Assembly (NCBI GenBank): GCA_040386535.1 | Contig: JAZKFH010000013.1 | Location: forward strand, 96,001 to 160,000 | DNA length: 64,000 nt | Reading direction: 5' to 3' | Source of the DNA: Myxococcota bacterium | Lineage (GTDB): Bacteria; Myxococcota_A; UBA796; SXON01 | Part shown: piece by piece, positions 20,342-28,452 of the stretch | Numbering within the stretch: position 1 is the stretch's first letter | How the letters are laid out: the number at the start of each line of letters is the position of its first letter | Notes under the pieces: model-generated | What the model was told of the DNA's origin: nothing | Database searches by the model: none | The model's input: only the letters and a program-made list of their open reading frames with translations | Position numbers and translations under genes: made by a program

Positions 20342-21216
20342 GCTACCTCCCCGTCGGCGAAGTAGCGCCGCTCGAGCGACTCGCCGCGCCGCACCTCGGC
20401 GATCCGCGCGCCTTCGGAGAGGAGGGCGCGCAGGAGCTCGGACGTGGCGTCCTCGGGGGGCACGCCCTCGGGGACACGCAGGGTGACCACCTCGCCGCGG
20501 CCGGCCGGGTAGGGCGGCGCGAGGCGCACGAACACCTCGCGGTCGCGCCCGGTGAGGGCCGCGAGCGGGCCGGCGCGCGTGCACCGCCCCTTGTCGATGA
20601 ACACGACCCAGTCGCAGATCTGCTCGAGCTCCGCGAGGTTGTGCGAGCTCACCAGCACGGTGCGGCGGCCCTGCTCGGCGGCGATGCGGTCGCGCAGGTG
20701 CCGGGCCTGTGCCGGGTCGAGCCCGGACGTGGGTTCGTCGAGCATCACGAGCTCCGGGTCTCCGAGCAGGGCGGAGGCGACGGTGACGCGGCGGCGCATG
20801 CCGTGGGAGAGGGTGCCGACGCGCGCGTCGGCGCGGTCGGAGAGCAGGACGGCCTCGAGCACCCCGTCGACCGCGCGGCGCGCCGCGGGCCCGTCGAGGC
20901 CCTGGAGCCGCGCCCACACCGTGAGCAATTGGCGCGGGGTCGAGGCGGTGGGCAGCTCCGCGTCTTGCGGGAGGATGCCGACCCGCCCGCGGTGGGTGTC
21001 GGGCGAGAAGGGGCCACGTCCCAACAGATCGACGGTGCCCTCGTCCGGCGCGAGGAACCCCGCGAGGATGGACATGGTCGTGGTCTTGCCTGCGCCGTTG
21101 GGCCCCACGAGCCCGCAGATCGAGCCCACGGGCACGACCAGGTCGAGCCCGTCGAGCGCACGTGCCTTGCGATACCGCTTGACCAGCCCCTGGCACCGGA
21201 TGGCGTCGACGCTCAC
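20338..21216 (-). CDS. ABC transporter ATP-binding protein
   Basis: GPNGAGKTT, LSHGMRRR, LDEPTSGLD, SSH; GTG start overlapping the permease stop. Confidence 0.92.
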   Translation of the reverse strand: MSVDAIRCQGLVKRYRKARALDGLDLVVPVGSICGLVGPNGAGKTTTMSILAGFLAPDEGTVDLLGRGPFSPDTHRGRVGILPQDAELPTASTPRQLLTVWARLQGLDGPAARRAVDGVLEAVLLSDRADARVGTLSHGMRRRVTVASALLGDPELVMLDEPTSGLDPAQARHLRDRIAAEQGRRTVLVSSHNLAELEQICDWVVFIDKGRCTRAGPLAALTGRDREVFVRLAPPYPAGRGEVVTLRVPEGVPPEDATSELLRALLSEGARIAEVRRGESLERRYFADGEVA

Positions 21217-22121
21217 AGGTCCCTCCGCGCGAAGACCACGTGCCCGAGTGAATAGTAGAGCACCGCGAGCACCACGCTCCGCGCGACCGCGCCCCCGAAC
21301 GTGGCGAGATCGAGCGACCAGAAGTCGACCCACGCGGACGTGGCGATGAACATCCCCGCGAGGTCGGCGAGGCGCCCGATGACGGTGATGCCGGCGCTCT
21401 CGGCGAGCCAATACGCCGCGATCGGCATGGCGAGCAGGATGCCGGCGGCCACGACGCGCGCGCCGTTGGGGGAGGGGATCCACTGCGACGCGGCGAGGCC
21501 CAGCCCGGCGAACGGGAGCGCCCAAACGGCGGCGCGCGCGGTCCGGTCGAGGATGGAGAGAGCGAGCTCGATGGGCGCGTTGCCGCTCATCAGGGTCATC
21601 CCCATGCCCCACGCGACCACGCCGCCGATCACGGCGGCCACGGCGGCGATGAGGAGCTGCCCGAACAGCTTGCCGAGGCCGATCTGCAGGCGTCCGGTGC
21701 GGCACAACAGGTAGCGCACGCTCCGGCTCTTCACCTCCGCGGCGATCGAGCCGGACGCGGAGAACAGCAGCACCACCGGGAGCAGCGCCATCGACGCCAT
21801 GCCGGTCCAGAGGCCGAGCAGCGGCTCTTCCAGGAGCTTCGTCGCGTTGGTCTCGGAGCCGACGATCCCGGCCACCAGCCGAACCAGCTCGCCGTTGTTC
21901 AGGAGGGTCCCCATCATCGCGCCGGGGCGCTCGGTGGCGGGCACGCCGAGCGTGGCGGCGGCAGTCTGCTCCAGGCTCTTGAGGATCTGGACGAGGATCC
22001 ACGTCGCGGCCGCGATGCCGCCGGCGTAGCCGAGGAGCACGAGCTGGAACAGGCGCGTGCGCACGGCCTCGCCGAGCTCGTAGACCGCCACCCACCAAAC
22101 GTCCGCGAGAAAACGACTCAC
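21213..22121 (-). CDS. ABC-2 type permease
   Basis: About six TM helices; GSIAAEVKSRSVRYLL...GK motif; C-terminal FARRDL. Confidence 0.85.
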   Translation of the reverse strand: MSRFLADVWWVAVYELGEAVRTRLFQLVLLGYAGGIAAATWILVQILKSLEQTAAATLGVPATERPGAMMGTLLNNGELVRLVAGIVGSETNATKLLEEPLLGLWTGMASMALLPVVLLFSASGSIAAEVKSRSVRYLLCRTGRLQIGLGKLFGQLLIAAVAAVIGGVVAWGMGMTLMSGNAPIELALSILDRTARAAVWALPFAGLGLAASQWIPSPNGARVVAAGILLAMPIAAYWLAESAGITVIGRLADLAGMFIATSAWVDFWSLDLATFGGAVARSVVLAVLYYSLGHVVFARRDL

Positions 22122-22840
22122 TCGCCCAGCCAGGGTTCGCCGCTCGGACCAGCGACCCCTTCGAGCCGCACCAGCGCGTCCAGCGCATCGCCCGAGAGGT
22201 AGGAGAAGGGATCCACCGCGGCGTCGTCGACCTCGGCGTAGACATCGGCGGGCACTGCCTTCTGGAGCCGATCGTCCGCCGCGATCACGATGTCGAGCGC
22301 CCCGGCGGCAAACTCCATCACGTCCCGACGGTCCACCTCCCCGGAGGCGACCGCGGCGTCGACGAAGGCGTTCACCTCGGTCTTGAGCTCGCGGTTCATC
22401 TGGTCCATGGCGTCGGTCACGGCCGCGACCTCCGCGTCCTCGAGCCCGCCCTGCTCCACGAGCGCCGCCAGCGCCTGCGCGCGGCGGGCGTCGAGCGCGG
22501 CGTTCATCGTGTCGCGGAGTTGCTCGGCGTTCGCCGGGGCCTCCGGGATGGCGCCGTCGGTCGGCGGCGCGCCCTCCTCACCGATCTCCGCGACCTCGGC
22601 GTCGTCCGGCCCACCGACGTTCCGCACCTTGCGATCGGCGCCGGAGGCCTCGAACGTGGAGGGATCCGCCCGGAGGATCGACCGGATGCTGTCCGCCGCG
22701 CCGCTCCGGCACGGCTTGCCGCCGGCCGCCTTGAGCGTGTCGAGCTCCGCGCGCATCGAGAGGAGCTCGCCCCGTGGTTGCCACGCGCCGAGGACGATGC
22801 CCGCGACCAGCGCGACCACGGCAGGGAAGAACGGCTTCAA
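22118..22840 (-). CDS. Hypothetical membrane-anchored protein
   Basis: TTG start (LKPFFPAVVALVAGIVLG), helical acidic C-terminus, coupled to the permease. Confidence 0.6.
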   Translation of the reverse strand: MKPFFPAVVALVAGIVLGAWQPRGELLSMRAELDTLKAAGGKPCRSGAADSIRSILRADPSTFEASGADRKVRNVGGPDDAEVAEIGEEGAPPTDGAIPEAPANAEQLRDTMNAALDARRAQALAALVEQGGLEDAEVAAVTDAMDQMNRELKTEVNAFVDAAVASGEVDRRDVMEFAAGALDIVIAADDRLQKAVPADVYAEVDDAAVDPFSYLSGDALDALVRLEGVAGPSGEPWLGE

Positions 22841-23035
22841 CGGGCACCTGGGAGGTCCCACAGTCCTAATCGTTGCGGACGGGCCGCGGCACCCGGCTGC
22901 GCCATCCTGCGACCGGCGCGACATTCCGCGTCGTCGTGCGTGCGTCCGGACCGCGATCGAAATGTCGCGGATGCCCTTGACAGGTAAATAGAACCATGAG
23001 AATCTGTCAGAACGTCTTCCGCGTCCGAGGTTGCC

Positions 23036-24070
23036 ATGCTCCCCGAGTCCCTCCGCTTCCCTCCCGGCGGAAAGCCCTGGTTGTTGTACGGCCTGTTCGG
23101 GGCGAGCCTCGTGCTGAACCTCGCGCTGGCCATCAAGTTCAGCGGCTCGGACGAGCTCCCGCCCGCCGCCGTGCCGGTGGCCGCCGCCCCGATCGGGGAC
23201 GACACGACGGTCTCGAACGCGCCCGTTCCCCCTGAGCTCGTGCCTCCGCTCCCGGAGCCGGAGGGCATCGCGCGCGCGGCGGGCACCCTGGTGTTCTCCG
23301 GCCCCGTCACCAGCTCGCTGTCGGTCACCTTCCAGGAGGCCCCGGCCTCGAACCCCGCCGCGCTCACGGCGGTGTTCGCGCGCCTGTTCGCGTGGGACAT
23401 CGATCTGCGGCGCGATCTGCACAAGGGTGACGTGGTCGAGGTCCTCTACGAGCAGCCCGACGGCGCCGAGCCCCTCGTCCTCGCGGCGCGCCTGCGCAGC
23501 CAGCCCGGTGGGACGACCGAGAAGGTGTACTCGGCGTGGCGCTACCAGGCCCCTGGCGACCGCTTTGCGTCGTACTGGTCCGACACCGGCGAGGAGGTGC
23601 CCCGCCGCCTCATCGACGGCCCGCTGCCCGACTACGAGCAGATCACCAGCCTTTTGAAGGACCGCCCCACCCATGAGGGCATGGACTTCAAGACCCCGAT
23701 CGGCACGCCCATCGTGGCGCCGCGCGCCGGCAAGGTCACCCGAACGAACTGGAACCACGCGGCCAACGGCAACTGCGTCGAGGTGCAGTTCTCCGACGGT
23801 GCGACGGCCAAGTTTCTCCACATGAACGAGAACGCGGTGAAGGACGGCCAGGCCGTCTCCGCGGGCACCGAGATCGGCAAGACCGGCAACACCGGCCGCT
23901 CCACCGGCCCCCACCTGCACTACCAGCTCGAGCGCGGCGGCCGCGTCCTCGACCCCATCGACTACCACGGCACCCTCCGCCGCCAGCTCCCCCCCGACGC
24001 GATGGCCGGGTTCGAGCAGGCGCGCAAGGAGCTCGCGGAGCAGTTGGACGGGCGGTTGGCGTCGCGCTGA
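23036..24070 (+). CDS. M23 family metallopeptidase
   Basis: N-terminal TM; HEGMD (HxxxD) and GNTGRSTGPHLHY (HxH). Confidence 0.9.
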   Translation: MLPESLRFPPGGKPWLLYGLFGASLVLNLALAIKFSGSDELPPAAVPVAAAPIGDDTTVSNAPVPPELVPPLPEPEGIARAAGTLVFSGPVTSSLSVTFQEAPASNPAALTAVFARLFAWDIDLRRDLHKGDVVEVLYEQPDGAEPLVLAARLRSQPGGTTEKVYSAWRYQAPGDRFASYWSDTGEEVPRRLIDGPLPDYEQITSLLKDRPTHEGMDFKTPIGTPIVAPRAGKVTRTNWNHAANGNCVEVQFSDGATAKFLHMNENAVKDGQAVSAGTEIGKTGNTGRSTGPHLHYQLERGGRVLDPIDYHGTLRRQLPPDAMAGFEQARKELAEQLDGRLASR

Positions 24071-24335
24071 GTCGTCGGTAGGCCGTCCTGGGCGCGACCC
24101 CGCCCCGAGCGGCGGGGCCGGTCCCCTACGGGCTCGCCCTTCGGGCTCGGTCCGGCGTCGCCCCCAGGGCGGAGCGCCACCGGGACCGGCCGCGCGAGGA
24201 CGCGCAGCCGCCCTCCGGTGCCCTCGCGCGAGGGGGCCAGAGGGCACGGCGCGCGGATGCGCGGCGTGGTCCGGGGCCCGGCGGCGTGAGCCGCCGCCGC
24301 CCCGACGGAGGCCGGAGGCCGACCCCGGCGGACAC

Positions 24336-24361
24336 CGACCTGGGCGTCCGCGCCCAGGTCG
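24336..24361. terminator. Hairpin between convergent genes
   Basis: CGACCTGGGCG-TCCG-CGCCCAGGTCG, an 11-bp perfect stem just after the stop at 24368; no U-tract. Confidence 0.45.
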
Positions 24362-24367
24362 CGCCCG

Positions 24368-26089
24368 TCAGCGCCGCCGCCGCAACCCCGGCACCATCAG
24401 CGCGATGAAGAGCGGCAGGAAGCGCACGCCGAGCCCCGAGTGCGAGCAGCTGGTGCCGCCTTCGCAGCCGCCGTCCTCGCCGCCGCAGCCCGCATCGTCC
24501 CCGCCACAGCCGCCCGCGTCGTCGCAGCCGAGCTCGGCGCCGATGTCGATGTCGCCGGTATTAAGGCCGCCGTCGTCGCAGCCGATGCTGCCGCCCGCGC
24601 AGCCGGAGAGCTCGATGGGCTCGACGTCCTCGATGTCGAGCACCGCGTAGCCGCCGAGCCAGCTCTCCTCGGGCATCCACCAGATCCAGCCGAGGCCGAT
24701 GCCGCGCCAGGACGGGATGGCGAGCGAGGGGAGCTCGGGGAGGAAGGAGCCGAGGAGCGTCGGGACGAACGCCGCGAGGCCGTCGGAGTAGCCTTCGGGG
24801 AGGAGCTCGTGGTCGTCCTCGACGAAGGTGAGCGCGTCGTCCACGACGATGCCGGGGGTCAGGACGCCGTCCACCAGCGGGAGATCGAGGCCGATCGAGC
24901 CGGCGAGGGTGACGCCGAACACCCGGGTTTCGCGGCCGTCGATCTGGCCGTAGGCGGCGAGGTTCAGGCCGTCGAGGTTGACGCGGAGAGGGGCGCCGTC
25001 CTCCGCGAAGGAGGTGGTGGGCGCGGCGAAGGGGCGCACCGAGAGGACCAGGGGCACGGTGGCCGGGAAGAGCGCCTCCCACGGCTCGCCGAACACGGGG
25101 CCGAACAGCGACGAGTCGAGCGCGGCGCCGCCGAGGTCGGCCACGTCGATGCAGAGCGCGCCGGTCTGGTAGGCGGCGAACAGCACCTGGTCCGCGAACC
25201 CCTGGTTGACGACGGCGGCGGCGTCGTAGGTGAGGGCGTCGTCTGGGGCGAGGCCGTCGAGCAAAGGCCAGGCCGCCGCGCCTGTGGGGACCGTGCCGCC
25301 GGGCACGCAGGTGGACACGACGCTCGGGTTGACCGAGGCGCCGAGGCCGATGAAGAGGCCGTCGGGCGCGATGGCGAAGCTGGACGGGGCGAGGCTGAGC
25401 GCGACGTCACCTTCGCCGAGCGAGAGGGAGGTCTCGATCACCAGGGCGCCGAGCGCATCTTCGAGGGTGGGCTCGATGGTGGCGCCGAGGTCGGCGAGCG
25501 AGGGGGCCACGGCGTCCTCGAGGACCCGCGTGATGAACTCGGGGTCGGTGCCGAGCAGCGTGCCGATGGCGTCGGAGAGGACGCAGCCGTCGAGGGGGTT
25601 GCCGATGGGCGCGAGATCGAAGGTGACGGCGCCGGCGGTCGCGTCGAACACGCCGTCCGCGTAGGTGATGCCGAGGGGGAGGTGCACTTCGAGCGCGACC
25701 GTCGGGAGCTCGACGCTGCACGTCTCCGCGAGGTCGGCGAGCGGGGCGCAGTCGCCGGTGGCGGTGAGGGTCGACGCGGACGAGGAGAGCGCGCCGTACA
25801 CCACGAGCTCGAGCTGGCCCGCGGAAGGGATGAGCTCGACGATCTGGATGTCGAGCTCGAGGGTCAGCGGGGCGAGCGCCCATGCGAGGGTCTGCGTGGG
25901 ATCGGCGTCGTCGCAGGCGAGCTCGCCGGAGAGCCCGCCCACGGGGAAGGCGTCGGGCATGATGCCGGCGATGGCCTGGCCGAGGCGGTCGAACCCGCGC
26001 GTGGAGACGTGGACGCCCACGGCGTTGTCCACGGGGTCGTAGGCGTGCGCGGGCTGCGTGAGGAGGCCGGCGGCGGCGAGGAGCAACAT
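24368..26089 (-). CDS. Secreted acidic protein with MYXO-CTERM-like tail, possibly BPI/LBP-like fold
   Basis: Signal peptide ending AHA; C-terminal GC-repeat linker, SCS, hydrophobic helix and RRRR. Confidence 0.7.
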   Translation of the reverse strand: MLLLAAAGLLTQPAHAYDPVDNAVGVHVSTRGFDRLGQAIAGIMPDAFPVGGLSGELACDDADPTQTLAWALAPLTLELDIQIVELIPSAGQLELVVYGALSSSASTLTATGDCAPLADLAETCSVELPTVALEVHLPLGITYADGVFDATAGAVTFDLAPIGNPLDGCVLSDAIGTLLGTDPEFITRVLEDAVAPSLADLGATIEPTLEDALGALVIETSLSLGEGDVALSLAPSSFAIAPDGLFIGLGASVNPSVVSTCVPGGTVPTGAAAWPLLDGLAPDDALTYDAAAVVNQGFADQVLFAAYQTGALCIDVADLGGAALDSSLFGPVFGEPWEALFPATVPLVLSVRPFAAPTTSFAEDGAPLRVNLDGLNLAAYGQIDGRETRVFGVTLAGSIGLDLPLVDGVLTPGIVVDDALTFVEDDHELLPEGYSDGLAAFVPTLLGSFLPELPSLAIPSWRGIGLGWIWWMPEESWLGGYAVLDIEDVEPIELSGCAGGSIGCDDGGLNTGDIDIGAELGCDDAGGCGGDDAGCGGEDGGCEGGTSCSHSGLGVRFLPLFIALMVPGLRRRR

Positions 26090-26107
26090 GCGCCCATCAT
26101 CGCGGAA

Positions 26108-27808
26108 TCAGGGCGCCGGGTCCACACGATAGAGCGTCGCCTGTACGGTGCCGCCCTCTTCGAGCCGGGCGACCGGGGTGGCGACGACCCCGGCGGTGGT
26201 GGCGGCCGCGGCGACCTTCTTCTCGTCAGGGCTCCAGTTGTAGATCATCGGAGCGCTCGCGCGTACCGACAGGAACCAGCCGCCAGGTGGGGCCGCCGAC
26301 GCGCCTTCCGCGGCCGCGAGGCGCAGGATCGCGGCGGGGTCGGCCGCGCCGACGGAGCGGGCGCCCCACACGTGGGTCACCACGACCTCGGGGGCCCGCG
26401 CCTCGAGCATGCCGTAGAGCTCGTAGTCGCACACGACGAGCCGCGTGACGCCCTGCGCGCGCAACAGTTCCACGAGCGAGGCCTGGCCTGCCTCGGTGAA
26501 GGACGGCGTGCGGATCGTGTTCACGACGCGGTCCGTCTCGGCGAGGTGGAGCGCCCCGGCGAGGACGAACGGCGAGACGAACACCGCCGCGAAGCCGCCG
26601 CGCACGAGCGAACGGGGCGGGGCGAACGCGCCCGCGAGGCGGTCGGCGGCGAGGCCCACGAGCAGGGCGAGCGGCACGGAGATCTGCGCGAGGTGGTGCA
26701 GGTCGCGGTTGGCGAGCGACACGAGGAGCACCTGGAGCGGGACCGCGATGGAGAGGAACCGGAGCAGCGCACCCGAGGCGTTGCGCGCCGGCGAGCGCCA
26801 CTCCATCGTGATGCCGGCCACGGTGCCCGCGAAGCCGACGAGCCGAAGGACCGACAGGGGCGCCACGGCCTCGGCACCGTAGGCGGGCGCGAAGAACGCG
26901 ACCGGGTTGCCGAAGAAGTAGAGCAGGTTGGTGAGCCCCTCCCGCGCGGGAGACGGGCCCGACCAGCCTCGCCACAGGCGCGCGAACTGGAGCCCCAACG
27001 TGTCGTGCGAGACGATGTCGGGGAGCGGGGCGAGCACCTGGTGCACGTTGGCGATCAGGAGCGGCGTGATGGCGAGCAGGGGGATGCCGAGCAGCACGGC
27101 GAGGTGCGCGCGGGGCGGCGGCTTGAGCTCCGGGCGATCCCACCGCGTCACCAGCACGGCGATGCCGTACGCCACGAGCGTGGCGGCGAAGGTGACCTTC
27201 GCGGCGAGCCCGAGCCCCACCCCGAGCGCGATCGCCACGGCGCCGTGGGTGCCGCCCTTCCACCGTCGGCTCCACAGGGCCCAGATCATGAGGAGCGCCG
27301 CGGCCTGCAGCAGGATCTCGGTCCCGCCGAGCACCTTCCGGTAGAAGACGAAGCACCAGTCCGTGGCGAGGACCCAGGCGGCGGCTCCCGCGGCGATGCG
27401 CGTGCCGTGGAACAGGAGGAAACGATGTGCGAGCAAGAGCAGCAGGCCGCCGAGCGCCACATGGGTGACGACGCCCGCGGCGAGCGATCCCGTGAGCGCG
27501 CGCGCGAGCCGGGCAGGCCAGTCCGCCACGCCGCCCGTGTAGGCGTTGATGGCGAGGGGAATCTCGGCCGATCCCAGCACGAGCCGCTCGGTGGGGCGGG
27601 TGCGCGCCGCGCGGAGGAGCCCCGCCTGCTCGGCGCCGCTCACCGGAGGGTCCAACGTGACCAGGACCGTCGGCGGTGCCGGCAACGCCCAGCCGATGGC
27701 GACCTCGCCCACGAGCCCGACCGCGCGTACGGTGACCGAAGCAAGGAGGAGGTAAGCAACGAGCGCGCTCGAGGCCATCAACGCGGATCGGCTGGGGAAC
27801 AGGATCAT
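26108..27808 (-). CDS. Polytopic membrane protein, GT-C (ArnT/PMT-like) glycosyltransferase-like
   Basis: About 11-12 TM helices; NAYTGG, LGLAAKVTF motifs; C-terminal soluble domain. Confidence 0.6.
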   Translation of the reverse strand: MILFPSRSALMASSALVAYLLLASVTVRAVGLVGEVAIGWALPAPPTVLVTLDPPVSGAEQAGLLRAARTRPTERLVLGSAEIPLAINAYTGGVADWPARLARALTGSLAAGVVTHVALGGLLLLLAHRFLLFHGTRIAAGAAAWVLATDWCFVFYRKVLGGTEILLQAAALLMIWALWSRRWKGGTHGAVAIALGVGLGLAAKVTFAATLVAYGIAVLVTRWDRPELKPPPRAHLAVLLGIPLLAITPLLIANVHQVLAPLPDIVSHDTLGLQFARLWRGWSGPSPAREGLTNLLYFFGNPVAFFAPAYGAEAVAPLSVLRLVGFAGTVAGITMEWRSPARNASGALLRFLSIAVPLQVLLVSLANRDLHHLAQISVPLALLVGLAADRLAGAFAPPRSLVRGGFAAVFVSPFVLAGALHLAETDRVVNTIRTPSFTEAGQASLVELLRAQGVTRLVVCDYELYGMLEARAPEVVVTHVWGARSVGAADPAAILRLAAAEGASAAPPGGWFLSVRASAPMIYNWSPDEKKVAAAATTAGVVATPVARLEEGGTVQATLYRVDPAP

Positions 27809-27929
27809 CGGCGGGGAGGGAATGCGCGGGCCTCGCGAGGCCTTCTCGGGTTGATTCCACCTGGATTCTGCACGGTCCACACCCGGCAGCTATAGTTCGA
27901 TCAGCGCCCCAGCGGCGCGCGGAGCGGCG

Positions 27930-28076
27930 ATGAGCGACAACCGACCCGAGACCCCGTCCAAGAAGCCGCCCGAGCCCAGCCTGCTCGATCAGCTTCGGGA
28001 CCGGCTCGCCGAGTGGATCGACAGCCTCGTGGACCCCCCCATCCCCGTGCCCGTGCCGGTACGGCGCCGTCGGTAG
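27930..28076 (+). CDS. 48-aa microprotein (not in ORF track)
   Basis: GGAG RBS at 27921, TATAGT at 27891; MSDNRPETPSKKPPEPSLLDQLRDRLAEWIDSLVDPPIPVPVPVRRRR; GC3-biased codons. Confidence 0.65.
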   Translation: MSDNRPETPSKKPPEPSLLDQLRDRLAEWIDSLVDPPIPVPVPVRRRR

Positions 28077-28132
28077 CGCATCCTCGGTCGCGCCTCCCTG
28101 GCGTCGCCGAAACTCCAGCGGTACACCGCGGC

Positions 28133-28174
28133 AAAAATGCGAACCCCCGGGACCTTGCGGTCTCCGGGGGTTCG
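28133..28174 (-). terminator. Intrinsic terminator (possibly bidirectional)
   Basis: CGAACCCCCGGGACC-TTGC-GGTCTCCGGGGGTTCG stem; the AAAAA at 28133 gives a U-run on the minus strand; lies between convergent small ORFs. Confidence 0.7.
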
Positions 28175-28212
28175 TCTACGTGCGTGCGCCATCGCTGGCG
28201 CGCGCCGCCGAT

Positions 28213-28326
28213 TTACTCGGCGTTCTCGGCGTTGTCGGCGTTGTCGGCGTCCGTGTCGCCCGAGCAGGCGACGAGGGAACCGGCGAGGGCGGCGATGAGG
28301 GCGAGAACGAGCGCGGGCTTGAACAT
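28213..28326 (-). CDS. 37-aa micro-lipoprotein
   Basis: AGAGGAG RBS; MFKPALVLALIAALAGSLVAC-SGDTDADNADNAENAE with lipobox LVAC. Confidence 0.75.
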   Translation of the reverse strand: MFKPALVLALIAALAGSLVACSGDTDADNADNAENAE

Positions 28327-28408
28327 GGTGATTCTCCTCTTGCGGTGACTCCGGATGGGGATCCGGAGGGCGTGTCGCTGACGAGCATGCGCTTGCAGCG
28401 GCGGGTGG

Positions 28409-28437
28409 ACTATGACCGATCGGATCACGTCCGTCAA
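28409..28437 (-). promoter_or_regulatory. Sigma70-type promoter of the micro-lipoprotein
   Basis: Minus strand TTGACG-N17-CATAGT. Confidence 0.6.
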
Positions 28438-28452
28438 GAGTTCGACACGCGG

